This document shows positions 39,160 to 48,558 of a stretch of 64,000 nt of DNA, in pieces. Each line of letters begins with the position of its first letter. Within the stretch, counting starts at the first letter, position 1. Origin of the DNA: an uncultured Gammaproteobacteria bacterium (lineage in GTDB: Bacteria; Patescibacteriota; Microgenomatia; Daviesbacterales; UBA10151); NCBI GenBank assembly GCA_964405655.1, contig CAYOOO010000005.1:6335-70334 (forward strand), read 5' to 3'. Below the pieces are notes generated by a model, which had not been told where the DNA came from, searched no databases, and was given only the letters and a program-made list of their open reading frames with translations. Both the position numbers and the translations under genes were made by a program.

Positions 39160-39709
39160 TCCAATTATAGTATCTTTTAAATATTAGCTTTTCGCCCCGC
39201 TCAATCTCATTAACAGAAGCAATGGTCACAAAATCAGAGATTTCTAAAAAATGGCAAAGGAAATCTATCTCTTTCTTACAGGGATAGGCTGAGGCAAATA
39301 CACTATCTTGTAATCTGACAAATCCTAATTGCAAAAGTTTTCTCCTAAAGACATCTCTAGCATTCTTCTTGATTTCAGGTATATCAAAAATAACAAGTCT
39401 CCATTTACCATCGCGTCTTTTAGTCTTTAGCGTAATATTTTCAAAATCATATTCTAAGAGTCTTCTTTTTCCTTTCTCAGTAATTTCAATTACAGTTTCA
39501 TTACTATTTGATGTTACTGATATCATTTCTTGCTTTTCTAGTCTTTTAATAACTCTTCCTAAATCTCTTTTATTAACATTTTTCCATGCTTTTATAGCTA
39601 CTCCTAAAGCGATTGGTAGGTTAGGAAATAATAGAGACCCAATAACCACACTACCTATTCCAATCATCTGAAGAACCTCTTTTGTAGAAATCTTTGCTGA
39701 TGCCACCAT
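39152..39709 (-). CDS. PaaX-like winged-helix plus Cas2-like domain protein
   Basis: IKRLEKQEMI..ITEKG (wHTH); DGKWRLVIFDIPE, RRKLLQLGFVRLQDSVF (Cas2-like). Confidence 0.85.
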   Translation of the reverse strand: MVASAKISTKEVLQMIGIGSVVIGSLLFPNLPIALGVAIKAWKNVNKRDLGRVIKRLEKQEMISVTSNSNETVIEITEKGKRRLLEYDFENITLKTKRRDGKWRLVIFDIPEIKKNARDVFRRKLLQLGFVRLQDSVFASAYPCKKEIDFLCHFLEISDFVTIASVNEIERGEKLIFKRYYNWNN

Positions 39710-39740
39710 ATAACTAGGATATAGCTAAACTAAGGTAGAT

Positions 39741-39786
39741 ACAACTAGTCGCTATAGCGATTTATTGTACAAAAATTAATATTAAT
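39741..39786. repeat. Right palindromic inverted repeat, overlapping the -35 of the Cas2-like gene promoter
   Basis: TACAA-ct-AGTCGCTATAGCGATT-ta-TTGTA; minus strand TTGTAT-17-TATCCT-6-ATG. Confidence 0.85.
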
Positions 39787-39838
39787 CCATTTAATCAAAC
39801 TGAGAATTAGTTAGATATGAAGACTATTTATACTAAAC

Positions 39839-40546
39839 TTACTCAAACGGATCTTTTTTACCTTTTGGTCCACTAGCTACTGTCACAGTAGTAATGGGCG
39901 TAGACCTTTGGGCACTCTTGATTTTAGTTAGGAGATTAACATCTTTCTCATCAAAGGCTGGTAGAGGTTGTTCAACTTCACCAATACTTTTAGGTAGCTC
40001 CTCAAAATAAGCAAGCATTGACATTGATGCTTGGACATCATTAGATTTTCTCAAACCTATAACTTCGATCTTATCCAGTTTTAGAATTCTGGGAATTTTA
40101 GCTAGTTGGGAAATAAAATTTTTAACAGTATCTGTATTACCAGCTATTTCCATTTTGATTTGGAAGCTTTGGATTTTACCAGTATTTGCCGTCACATTTG
40201 AAAAAGAAAGGGCGTTGAGTTTTAAGCGGTTGTTAGAAACCAAAAAGAGTAGTTGCCCAACAGCCCCAGTCACATCTTGGTTATCTGGAAGTGCAGCTAA
40301 AGCGACATCAATATTTTCTTTGTAAACATTTTGGTCAATTTGCTGGAGGCTATTTAATTTATCTGACAGGATAGTTTGCTTTTGTTTTGTCTCCTCTAAA
40401 GTTTTATTGACAGTTAAATATCTTATGAATTGAGGAATAACTACAAAGATTAATAAAATCAAACAAACAAGAACTGATCCAACAGGCAGAATAAATATTC
40501 TATATTTCTCAGGGACTATATTTTTAAAAGGTAGCTTCTCTAGCAT
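39839..40546 (-). CDS. pilO: Type IV pilus PilO-like protein
   Basis: TM, coiled coil, ALPD, FISQLAKIPRIL, GKKDPF; synteny. Confidence 0.8.
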   Translation of the reverse strand: MLEKLPFKNIVPEKYRIFILPVGSVLVCLILLIFVVIPQFIRYLTVNKTLEETKQKQTILSDKLNSLQQIDQNVYKENIDVALAALPDNQDVTGAVGQLLFLVSNNRLKLNALSFSNVTANTGKIQSFQIKMEIAGNTDTVKNFISQLAKIPRILKLDKIEVIGLRKSNDVQASMSMLAYFEELPKSIGEVEQPLPAFDEKDVNLLTKIKSAQRSTPITTVTVASGPKGKKDPFE

Positions 40547-40553
40547 AATATCT

Positions 40554-41117
40554 TTACTGAGTAAAACTGGCTTTTGATAAGACTACTGTTAACTCAAATC
40601 TGATTACACTAGTAGGGCTTCTATTAAGATTCTCTACCTTAGTAGAAACTATTTTACCCTGATGCTCAGATGGGTTTGTTAACTTGTTAAAAAAAGTCTG
40701 GAGCGATTTGGTGCTAGTAGTTTCACCTGTCAGACTGATAATATCTTTTTTACTGTTATTGAAACTAATTAGAATCATATCTTTGGGCATAAGTTCAGTT
40801 ACCAAGTTAAATGACTGAGATTGCAAAATTCCTGCTGAGGTTAGAGATTTAATCCCATCAAGTCTATCTTTTAAGACAAAGGTTAAACCTTCATGCCTTT
40901 TATAAGTAGCAATCTTTTCCTTAATCTGAGAAATCTGACTTTCAGTATTTCTGATCGAAAAGTTATCACTTAAACTCAAAAACAACACAATTGCAGCAAC
41001 TGCAACAGTAAATACTAAAAGTCCAATACTGATTTGCAAAACCAGTGATTTTTTGGCTTCTTCTCTTTTGGCCAGTGTTAAATCTATCGGTAGTAAATTA
41101 ATATTTATCTGGTTCAT
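40554..41117 (-). CDS. pilN: Type IV pilus PilN-like protein
   Basis: NINLLP N-terminal motif plus TM. Confidence 0.85.
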   Translation of the reverse strand: MNQININLLPIDLTLAKREEAKKSLVLQISIGLLVFTVAVAAIVLFLSLSDNFSIRNTESQISQIKEKIATYKRHEGLTFVLKDRLDGIKSLTSAGILQSQSFNLVTELMPKDMILISFNNSKKDIISLTGETTSTKSLQTFFNKLTNPSEHQGKIVSTKVENLNRSPTSVIRFELTVVLSKASFTQ

Positions 41118-42151
41118 TCTTCTTTCATCCCCAGGCCTACGGCCACTGCATAAAAAGGTCCTTCAGTCGCAAGCTTATTTTTAACACTTTGGTCAACGTT
41201 AACTGCCGTCCAAGGATCTGCCTCTTGAACCTCCAAGCCTAAAGAATCAGCAAAATATTTAACCATCCCAGGCAATTGGGCTCCACCTCCTGTTAAAATT
41301 ATTCTTTTAACAGAAAGTTGTCTGTTTTGAGTTTCATGAGCTTGAATAACTCTTTTAGTTTCAGCGATTATCACATCTACTATTGGTTTGAGAGACTGAA
41401 AGAGCTTACCTTCAAGCTGATCTTCCAAAAGTCCGTAAACCTTTTTATATTCCTCTGCCTGGATCAGCTCAAAATTAAAACTTTGAGCTATGGCCCGGGT
41501 CAGCGCAACACCGCCAGTAGAAATTGATCTTGTCAAAAGAATTAAATTTTCTGAGATAACTGCAAAGTCCGTGGTGGTTGCACCAAGTTGGACAATTAAA
41601 GAAGTAGGGGAGTAAGGATTAGTACCTACCAGAGATCTCGTCACTGCAATTAGTTCAGTCTCAATTGAAATAGGTTTTAACTCAGCCATTTGCATCAATT
41701 TAAGGTATTTGTTAATCAATATTTTGGGAGTAGCTACTACAAAAACTACGGTCCTACTCTTTGGTCCTTTTTCGCTCGAGCGGTAGATGACTTGATAATT
41801 TAAGTTAACATCTTGAACAGGCATTGGTACAAATTCCTCAGCTGCGTAAGGGATGGCTTGGGCCAACTCTTCATTTGTTAAATAAGGTAGGTCATAAACA
41901 ACCCTTGTAAAGATCTTTGATTCTGGAAGGGCGATATAAACCTCTCGGGTTGGAGCGCTAATTTCGTTCATTAAATTTTTAATTGAAATAGCAACTGCTT
42001 CTAAATCCAAATCTGCGTCTGAAGCAATGCCCGGTTGGGGAGAAGCAATATGACCCAAAGATAAAAGCTTGGGTGGTTTTTGTTTGTGAGATAAAACTAC
42101 TACTTTGATTGATGAAAAACCTATATCAAGACCAACTTTTTCTTGGGGCAT
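41114..42151 (-). CDS. pilM: Type IV pilus assembly protein PilM
   Basis: GLDIGFSSIK, ILTGGGAQLPG, VAVGLG. Confidence 0.93.
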   Translation of the reverse strand: MPQEKVGLDIGFSSIKVVVLSHKQKPPKLLSLGHIASPQPGIASDADLDLEAVAISIKNLMNEISAPTREVYIALPESKIFTRVVYDLPYLTNEELAQAIPYAAEEFVPMPVQDVNLNYQVIYRSSEKGPKSRTVVFVVATPKILINKYLKLMQMAELKPISIETELIAVTRSLVGTNPYSPTSLIVQLGATTTDFAVISENLILLTRSISTGGVALTRAIAQSFNFELIQAEEYKKVYGLLEDQLEGKLFQSLKPIVDVIIAETKRVIQAHETQNRQLSVKRIILTGGGAQLPGMVKYFADSLGLEVQEADPWTAVNVDQSVKNKLATEGPFYAVAVGLGMKEE

Positions 42152-42236
42152 GTTTACAGTATAAAATATGTGCCGGCTTTTTTGGTAGTAGAAACTTCAT
42201 CAGCAAATAAAAGGATGACCATAAAAAGCCGAAAAT

Positions 42237-44051
42237 CTACTTACTTTGATAAGAACCCTTGATAACAGAATAGGAGCCTGAAGGTCCTGAGGTGAAAAAC
42301 GATGAAGCTAGTCCTTGATCATAATTAACCGTGACACTGTTCTCCAGTTCTAACTCCCAACCTGTTATCTCAGTCAAGGTATTGCTGTTTGAGATATGAA
42401 TACTGCCTAAATTTGAATAAAGTACGCCCTGGTTACCACTATTTGAAACAGTAATAGCTTTTCTATCTAGAGGATCATCCCTTGAGTTAAACTCAGAAAT
42501 TGCCACCAAGTAGCTGCCAGGAGTACCACTGCCCAGTAATTTATTACTATTTTGCAAATTTATAAAATTATCAACAATAATTGAGCCACTAGCAGAGCCA
42601 TATGAAGAATCAAGTTTAAACTCAGTTGAATTGGTCATTGTCAAATCTCCGGTAATCCAAATTGGAGTTTTAACAGTTTCTTTACAGGTATTAGCTAAAG
42701 ATATGCTACCTGTATATTTCCCAGGACCCCAGACAGTTTGATTATTGCAATCTGGAGTAGGCAAGGATCCAGCATCTTGGGCTTGTTGTTTCCACTCATC
42801 AATATTAGCCTGGGATATGGGCATAGTAAGGACAACAGGGTCAGTACTGCCAGGATGACAATGAGTGTTATTTGTACAATTTTGACCAGAGACAGTATTT
42901 GAGGATTCGACTTGATAATAAGCATCTTTGCCAATTGTTAACCCAGTCAGTGTATTAGCATGAGCATCTCCGGTAATTTGGGGGCTGTTTGTACCAGTTA
43001 TAGAAGTTGCCACTCCTCCCATAAAGGTTTTAAAACCCAAATCCCCATTGATAGTATTCCAAACAGGTGAGGAGGCCTGCCAATTTGGCGACCATTTAGC
43101 CAGACATGGTGGGGTAGAGGAGCAAGTATATCCTTGGGTTGTATCAGAAGACCAAGACCAATAATTGCTTGAATTAGCTGTTGTATCTAACATTATCCAA
43201 TAATAGGTATTGGCAGACAGCTGAGGAGAGGTGGTAAAACCTACCTCGACAAAAGAATACTGGGAAGTCACTAAATTAGCAGAAAGTGTCCCTGAGGCTT
43301 TGACATCATTTTTGTTTGGTTTACCAGAGCTGTCCCCTAAAATTCTAACAGTTATGTTTGAGGGAGAACCAAATTTCTTTAATTTCAAAGCAACTTTATT
43401 GATGACTGCTGTCTGGGTTGGTTTAAAGCTTTGGGCTATATCCAACTCAGCACCGGAGTTTTTACCAAATACAAAATCCCCACAATTTGGATCTGTACAT
43501 TCCCACATCTGATCAGGGGTAGGTTGAACTCCACCTGCAACATAAGCATCACCATTTATTTTGGCGCTATTAGACATAGTTATACTTCCATTTGAATAGA
43601 CCGAACCATTAACAGTGGCGCTATTTTCCATCTCCAGTCCACCATCACCAACCTGCACTCCATAATTAAAGGAAACACCAACTCCTTTGGAAACTGTCAA
43701 CTCAATTGTTTTTTTGTTTTTGGCATTAGCTTTATTAGGATAGTAACCAGTGGCTTGGATTTTTTTTGTTCCTGCATCAACACTGGTGATATTTAAGGTG
43801 AATGTCCCCCCTCCAATTGCTACTTCGGTATCAGGATTGGGATTAAAACTACCTCCTGAGGCATTGAGTGCTGCAACTGCTTTATCAACCCCTGCTTCTG
43901 CCAAATTAATTGCCTGCAGCGTTCCTGTTGAGTATTTAGAACTCTGAAAGACTGTCAGAGAGCCTGAAAGCAGGGCAACTGTTAGCACTAAAACTAGTGT
44001 TAAAATTATAAAAGCTATAATCACCAGCTGACCTCTTTGTCTGTTAATCAT
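42237..44051 (-). CDS. Large PilX-like minor pilin/adhesin
   Basis: QRG/QLVII, QAINLAEAGVDKA; large beta-rich C-terminal region. Confidence 0.8.
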   Translation of the reverse strand: MINRQRGQLVIIAFIILTLVLVLTVALLSGSLTVFQSSKYSTGTLQAINLAEAGVDKAVAALNASGGSFNPNPDTEVAIGGGTFTLNITSVDAGTKKIQATGYYPNKANAKNKKTIELTVSKGVGVSFNYGVQVGDGGLEMENSATVNGSVYSNGSITMSNSAKINGDAYVAGGVQPTPDQMWECTDPNCGDFVFGKNSGAELDIAQSFKPTQTAVINKVALKLKKFGSPSNITVRILGDSSGKPNKNDVKASGTLSANLVTSQYSFVEVGFTTSPQLSANTYYWIMLDTTANSSNYWSWSSDTTQGYTCSSTPPCLAKWSPNWQASSPVWNTINGDLGFKTFMGGVATSITGTNSPQITGDAHANTLTGLTIGKDAYYQVESSNTVSGQNCTNNTHCHPGSTDPVVLTMPISQANIDEWKQQAQDAGSLPTPDCNNQTVWGPGKYTGSISLANTCKETVKTPIWITGDLTMTNSTEFKLDSSYGSASGSIIVDNFINLQNSNKLLGSGTPGSYLVAISEFNSRDDPLDRKAITVSNSGNQGVLYSNLGSIHISNSNTLTEITGWELELENSVTVNYDQGLASSFFTSGPSGSYSVIKGSYQSK

Positions 44052-44613
44052 TACGCAAATTTACTTGACCACTGACGCTACTTTCTTGGGTTTCTTGGTT
44101 GACTGTCCGGGCAACTTTGGCAATAAAGTTAACTGAGCTTGCAGCTTGTGGGCTGACAATATTGGAATTTTGATCATAGTAGCTGAAGGTCAGTGAAGAA
44201 AGCTGGGTTGTCAGCAGCCTATTTTCACTCTGCCTGCTACTTAATGCATCAGGGAAAATTTTTTTCCTTAAAAGTTTAGCATTTTGGCTATCTTGAGTGA
44301 TCACTAAGTAGTCATAGGTATTAGCTATGACTGAGCCTGAGGCATTTACAGAAGGCAGGGTTAAAACTAGCGTCTGGGGACCACTAGTATAAGTAGTTAC
44401 ACCACCTACAAAACTTACTGCAACAGACGAAGCATTTCTGATAGAGTCATAGATCTGGGAAGAAATTTGGTTGGTATCCAATCCTTGCTCAACCTGAGCA
44501 CTTTCTCTTAAAAAAAATGCATTGTTTTGGACAAAAATTCTAACCAGTATTATTCCTACTAGCGAGGCAACCCCAATATAAATAAGTACCTCAAGTAAAC
44601 TGATCCCTTTCAC
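44044..44613 (-). CDS. Minor pilin (PilW-like)
   Basis: KG/ISLLEVLIY. Confidence 0.85.
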   Translation of the reverse strand: MKGISLLEVLIYIGVASLVGIILVRIFVQNNAFFLRESAQVEQGLDTNQISSQIYDSIRNASSVAVSFVGGVTTYTSGPQTLVLTLPSVNASGSVIANTYDYLVITQDSQNAKLLRKKIFPDALSSRQSENRLLTTQLSSLTFSYYDQNSNIVSPQAASSVNFIAKVARTVNQETQESSVSGQVNLRND

Positions 44614-45032
44614 TTAAGACCTCCATCTGCTATTAAGGTAGTTATCTCCACCTTTTTGGTTTCGCTTTTTTCCTGCCAGGTAACCTTGGCAGTAACTTTT
44701 TTAGCAGCTTCAGAAAGGCTACAAACATCAACTGGACAGTCAGTAATAATATAAACAGCCTGACCTTGCGGAAGAGAACTTATTCTTAAGTCATTGATTT
44801 GAGGTGGGGGGTCGGAGGTATTCGCTAGGTTTGTATAGGTCTGCCTTCTTAAATCCTCAATCTTTTTAACTGCAATATCCTTGGCAACAGATTCTTTTCG
44901 GCTGTTTCCGATCCAATTAAAAGCTGAAGGCAGGTTAGACAACACGACAATAGCAGCCCCGGCAATCAGAGTTACTATCAAAATCTCAACTAAAGAGAAG
45001 CCTTTTTGGTTATCGGGCAGTACTGGACTCAT
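44610..45032 (-). CDS. Minor pilin (PilV-like)
   Basis: KG/FSLVEIL; KKVTAKVTW. Confidence 0.85.
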   Translation of the reverse strand: MSPVLPDNQKGFSLVEILIVTLIAGAAIVVLSNLPSAFNWIGNSRKESVAKDIAVKKIEDLRRQTYTNLANTSDPPPQINDLRISSLPQGQAVYIITDCPVDVCSLSEAAKKVTAKVTWQEKSETKKVEITTLIADGGLK

Positions 45033-45943
45033 TTCTCAATATTGACAGTGGAGAAGATGGCAAAATCGAATATCTGGGGAACAACATTTTCTTGTCTGAA
45101 TACTTTAACAGTTCTTTGGCTTTGTCCAGACTTACCAGTCGAGGTAAATACTTTTGCCTGTACTGGCAATGTGCAAAGCAATGCACCACAGCTTCCCACA
45201 GGCTTGATTGCAATTGGGTGATCCTCACCAGAATTAGCATAAAATAACCTGGTTCTAATTAAGACAGGAGTACCGTATGTATTGATATTGTTAATTGTTG
45301 CCATACATCTAAATAAACGATCAGTCACAGTAGTATTAGGGGAATCTGAGGTATTAATCTGATCAGGTAAGGGCGCATTACAAGCCGGGTCTGAAAAGCC
45401 ATTATTGATTCTTCTGGTAGAAATTGGATCAAAATAAAACTTGTTGGAAACAAACGCAGAGCCTGATAGGGAAATTAGGTTAACCTCTATGGCCGGTGTA
45501 TTAATGGCATTTATATCTGATCTTAAATCTTTATCTCCCCAATACACTCTTAAACTGGTGCCACCGTATAAATTAGCATCAACTGCACCTGGAGAAGAAG
45601 GATTGGATAACCAAAAATGACCAACTTCTTCTCTGGTCAATTCAGGCAACTCTAAAGCCTGACCAGTACCTGGTAGGTTAAAGGTAATCTTAACGTTAAA
45701 GGCAGAGTTATTATCAAGTTGATAATTGTTAATATCTGAAAGTGAACCTTGACTTTCCAAAGAGATCGCTCTTTCAATGCCTGCTTCCGCTGCAGAGAAG
45801 GCCCGGGTTGATTGGTCTGTTTGAGTTGAGGTGGTTACATCTGTCAAAGACCGCTGGATAACTGCCAAACCAATTGCCAAAATAACTAACATTGCTAGTA
45901 GTAAAACAATCACCGCTTGTCCAACCTCTTTATTTGTTCTCAT
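45029..45943 (-). CDS. PilX-like minor pilin
   Basis: G/QAVIVLLL, RAFSAAEAGIERA. Confidence 0.85.
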   Translation of the reverse strand: MRTNKEVGQAVIVLLLAMLVILAIGLAVIQRSLTDVTTSTQTDQSTRAFSAAEAGIERAISLESQGSLSDINNYQLDNNSAFNVKITFNLPGTGQALELPELTREEVGHFWLSNPSSPGAVDANLYGGTSLRVYWGDKDLRSDINAINTPAIEVNLISLSGSAFVSNKFYFDPISTRRINNGFSDPACNAPLPDQINTSDSPNTTVTDRLFRCMATINNINTYGTPVLIRTRLFYANSGEDHPIAIKPVGSCGALLCTLPVQAKVFTSTGKSGQSQRTVKVFRQENVVPQIFDFAIFSTVNIEK

Positions 45944-45983
45944 ATACTTAATTATTGATTCTTTTCCAACTAATATTCAACAT

Positions 45984-46733
45984 TTATCTTAGTTCGATAG
46001 TAGTTTGAAACTCAATGGTGTTATCAGACCCGACTTTATCTTCAAAACTGCTACCAGCATTTATAGCAGGTGATAATCTGAAATTTATTACCACAATATC
46101 CTTAAATCCTTGCTGTTTATAGACTTTGAAGTATGGATCTGAAATACCAGGATTAGACGTACTATTGGGTACAGAGACACCTCTGCCTGTGTCGCGATCA
46201 GTCAAGTAAGTAGGCGTCTCATAACTACCTACTGAAGGAGAACATAAGATTAGCAAAGATGCTTCATCACTAGGGTTTGATACAACTGGTTCTTCTTCAA
46301 CTATAAAACCATTTGAGGAGGCTGTTGGATCAACAAACCTGAATCTTATGTATTTACTCCCCTGGACACCCACGCTAGAGGAAGGAGAGGCTTTTGTTCT
46401 AATTGTTATGATCTTAGCTGGAGTTGAATCTGTCGGGCAGATTACCCCGTCAGCCTGTCTGATTGCCCGGTCAATCACATTTAAAGCTGATTGACCATTT
46501 TGTTTGATAGTTCCTATAAGCTGACTCTTGTCACTACCTCGGAAAGTTCGGGATAAAATACCGCTTAGAATTACTCCAATAGTGGCAAAGATAATCACAA
46601 CCAGTAGCGTCTCAATTAATGTAAATCCATTTTTAACTTGGACAGATTTCGACAAAGCTTGATCTGTTACAAAAGTCTTTCTACGAAATCGTCCATTCAT
46701 AACTCTTATGCTCCCATTATTAATAGTTGGCAA
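45984..46733 (-). CDS. Minor pilin (PilW-like) with long leader; alternative start 46700
   Basis: NG/FTLIETLL. Confidence 0.85.
   Translation of the reverse strand: MPTINNGSIRVMNGRFRRKTFVTDQALSKSVQVKNGFTLIETLLVVIIFATIGVILSGILSRTFRGSDKSQLIGTIKQNGQSALNVIDRAIRQADGVICPTDSTPAKIITIRTKASPSSSVGVQGSKYIRFRFVDPTASSNGFIVEEEPVVSNPSDEASLLILCSPSVGSYETPTYLTDRDTGRGVSVPNSTSNPGISDPYFKVYKQQGFKDIVVINFRLSPAINAGSSFEDKVGSDNTIEFQTTIELR
46639..46695. repeat. Hairpin element in prepilin leader, copy 1
   Basis: tggac[a]gatttcg...cgaaatcgtcca; homologous to 47747-47804. Confidence 0.7.
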
Positions 46734-47253
46734 GTATTGTTACTAGTTCTGAGCTGTGTTTGCCTGAAACATCTGACCAAAAAACCCTTGAGAAAACTTG
46801 CTTTTGTTTGGTGCCGTCATCTATATCTTTAATAACTATCTCCCTAGTGAACCCATCACTAATTTGTTCAAGAGAACTACTTTCTAACAGCCAAAACGGG
46901 CTATCAGGAGCTAGCGCTACCGGACAAGAGCCGATGCTTGCTTGGGTCAAAACAAATTTACAGCCTACCGGACAGATATTGGAAGTCGACCAAAGCTCGC
47001 TAAATTTAGCCACTGAGGTCACACTAGGCTTACAAACTGCATAGTCACGACCTTTGATCGCCCTGACTCTTTCCAAGCCTTCCTGAGCATATTTGGTGGC
47101 CTTAACTTGATCTTTAGAAAAGCGGCTATTTTTAAGGCTTAAAATCGTAGTTAAAGTTAGGGCTGTAACTACTATCACTATCAAACCAATAGTTACAGTA
47201 ATCTCAAGCAGGGACTGACCCTTTTGGCTAAATCTATCTTTAGTTTTCTGCAT
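46720..47253 (-). CDS. Minor pilin (PilV-like)
   Basis: KG/QSLLEI, ATKYAQEGLERVR. Confidence 0.85.
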   Translation of the reverse strand: MQKTKDRFSQKGQSLLEITVTIGLIVIVVTALTLTTILSLKNSRFSKDQVKATKYAQEGLERVRAIKGRDYAVCKPSVTSVAKFSELWSTSNICPVGCKFVLTQASIGSCPVALAPDSPFWLLESSSLEQISDGFTREIVIKDIDDGTKQKQVFSRVFWSDVSGKHSSELVTILANY

Positions 47254-47827
47254 TAATTACCCCTCCTTTATTTATTGTAATGGTTTTTGTTTGAGAAAGA
47301 GCATTGGTATTTTGCAAAGTTATGGTACAGTTTTGAGTTGAGCCGGATCTTTCGAAAACAACTTCAGTACCGCAATCAAAAGTTTGGACTGTTATCTTAT
47401 TATCCAGCTGATATTGCTGTTTTAAAATATCTGCGTCAGAATTGTCATTATTAACACAGGTTGCCCTTAACTGGTAAACACCTGTGGAAATACTTAAAGA
47501 GACTTTCCAGTTTTTGGTATGAGTATCTTTCCTAGCTGTTGTATCAGGGTCAGTATCAGACGGACAGGAAATTGAGGTTTGGGCATTTGATTGGGCTTGT
47601 TTTAAAACTTGAGCCAGTTTAGAAGTCTCGTTTTGAAGCAAAATATCTTCATTGAATTTCTTAATGTTGGGAATAGCAACAACAGTTACTATAGCTAAAA
47701 TTGCAATAGCTACCAAAATCTCCACCAGTGTAAAACCACTTTGGCCTGGACCAATTTGGTCATCATTCAAGTTGTTACAGTAGTTCCTACTACCAAATTG
47801 TCCGCTATATAACTTAAGTTTTCCCAT
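47240..47827 (-). CDS. Minor pilin (FimT/FimU-like) with long leader
   Basis: SG/FTLVEIL, LKQAQSNA, TINKGG. Confidence 0.85.
   Translation of the reverse strand: MGKLKLYSGQFGSRNYCNNLNDDQIGPGQSGFTLVEILVAIAILAIVTVVAIPNIKKFNEDILLQNETSKLAQVLKQAQSNAQTSISCPSDTDPDTTARKDTHTKNWKVSLSISTGVYQLRATCVNNDNSDADILKQQYQLDNKITVQTFDCGTEVVFERSGSTQNCTITLQNTNALSQTKTITINKGGVINAEN
47747..47804. repeat. Hairpin element in prepilin leader, copy 2
   Basis: ggac[c]aatttggt...accaaattgtcc. Confidence 0.7.
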
Positions 47828-47835
47828 ATTTTTAT

Positions 47836-47972
47836 AAGCTTCCGCGTAATGAAAGTACGCGGTTTTCTATGATTTTAAGCTTAAACCGCTTCGTGACCCA
47901 TTAGCCGCGGAAGCTTGAAACCTTACTTCGCCTACATCCCCGGTCTAATAGACCGGGGTTTTGGCGAAGCGG
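47836..47972. mobile_element. Structured intergenic element, IS200/IS605-end-like
   Basis: aagcttccgcg/cgcggaagctt; ccgcgta/tacgcgg; cttcgcc/ggcgaag enclosing ccccggtcta-a-tagaccgggg. Confidence 0.55.
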
Positions 47973-47996
47973 TTATAATAATCAACTCTTCATTGA

Positions 47997-48506
47997 CTAG
48001 AGCGGACTAAGCTTTAAATTGAAACTGCTATTTCCACAGACGTTGTTGCAGTCAGAATCCTGGGAATACTGGCCCTCTAATTTGGCACAAAGAACATAGT
48101 ACTGGCACCTACCAACCCCAGATAAGTTATTGTCACATGCTGTAACTAAATCATTTTTAGTAAAAGCTTTATAACAGTAAGCAGGGTTAGTAGAAACTGG
48201 ATCAGAAGGAATTTTAGAGATGTAAGTTCGATCAGCAGTGCAACTGGGTACAGTCGGATCGATACCGTCACAGTTGGTAAAAGTTCCACTGGCAGGAAAG
48301 GTATAAACTGGGGAAGGGAAATAACCCAGATCTGCATAATAGTACTGCAAGGCTGCTTGAATTGTTTTTAAGTCAGACTGCCTTTGGGTGTCTCTGGCGC
48401 TTCGCTGTATCCCAACAGAGGAGGTAATTATTACTCCAAAAACAATCCCAATTATGGCAATTGACACCAGCAGTTCAATCAGGGTGAAACCTAAGTTTTT
48501 GGGCAT
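47997..48506 (-). CDS. Type IV pilin (GspG-like)
   Basis: G/FTLIELL, ARDTQRQSDL, IPSDP, LCAKLE. Confidence 0.9.
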   Translation of the reverse strand: MPKNLGFTLIELLVSIAIIGIVFGVIITSSVGIQRSARDTQRQSDLKTIQAALQYYYADLGYFPSPVYTFPASGTFTNCDGIDPTVPSCTADRTYISKIPSDPVSTNPAYCYKAFTKNDLVTACDNNLSGVGRCQYYVLCAKLEGQYSQDSDCNNVCGNSSFNLKLSPL

Positions 48507-48558
48507 TAAAACTATTTTGTCACTAATTTGGGTTCAAAACAAGAGAGTCAAGAAAGAA

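Noticed and set aside
39114-39786. CRISPR-Cas locus (Cas2-like gene plus ~37-bp palindromic repeats)
   Set aside because: No tandem repeat-spacer array and no cas1 or effector genes in the window; the repeats are dispersed and flank the gene
42174-42231. ncRNA in the pilX-pilM spacer (cggctttt...aaaagccg)
   Set aside because: Only one 8-9-bp A/T-rich stem with a large loop; insufficient support
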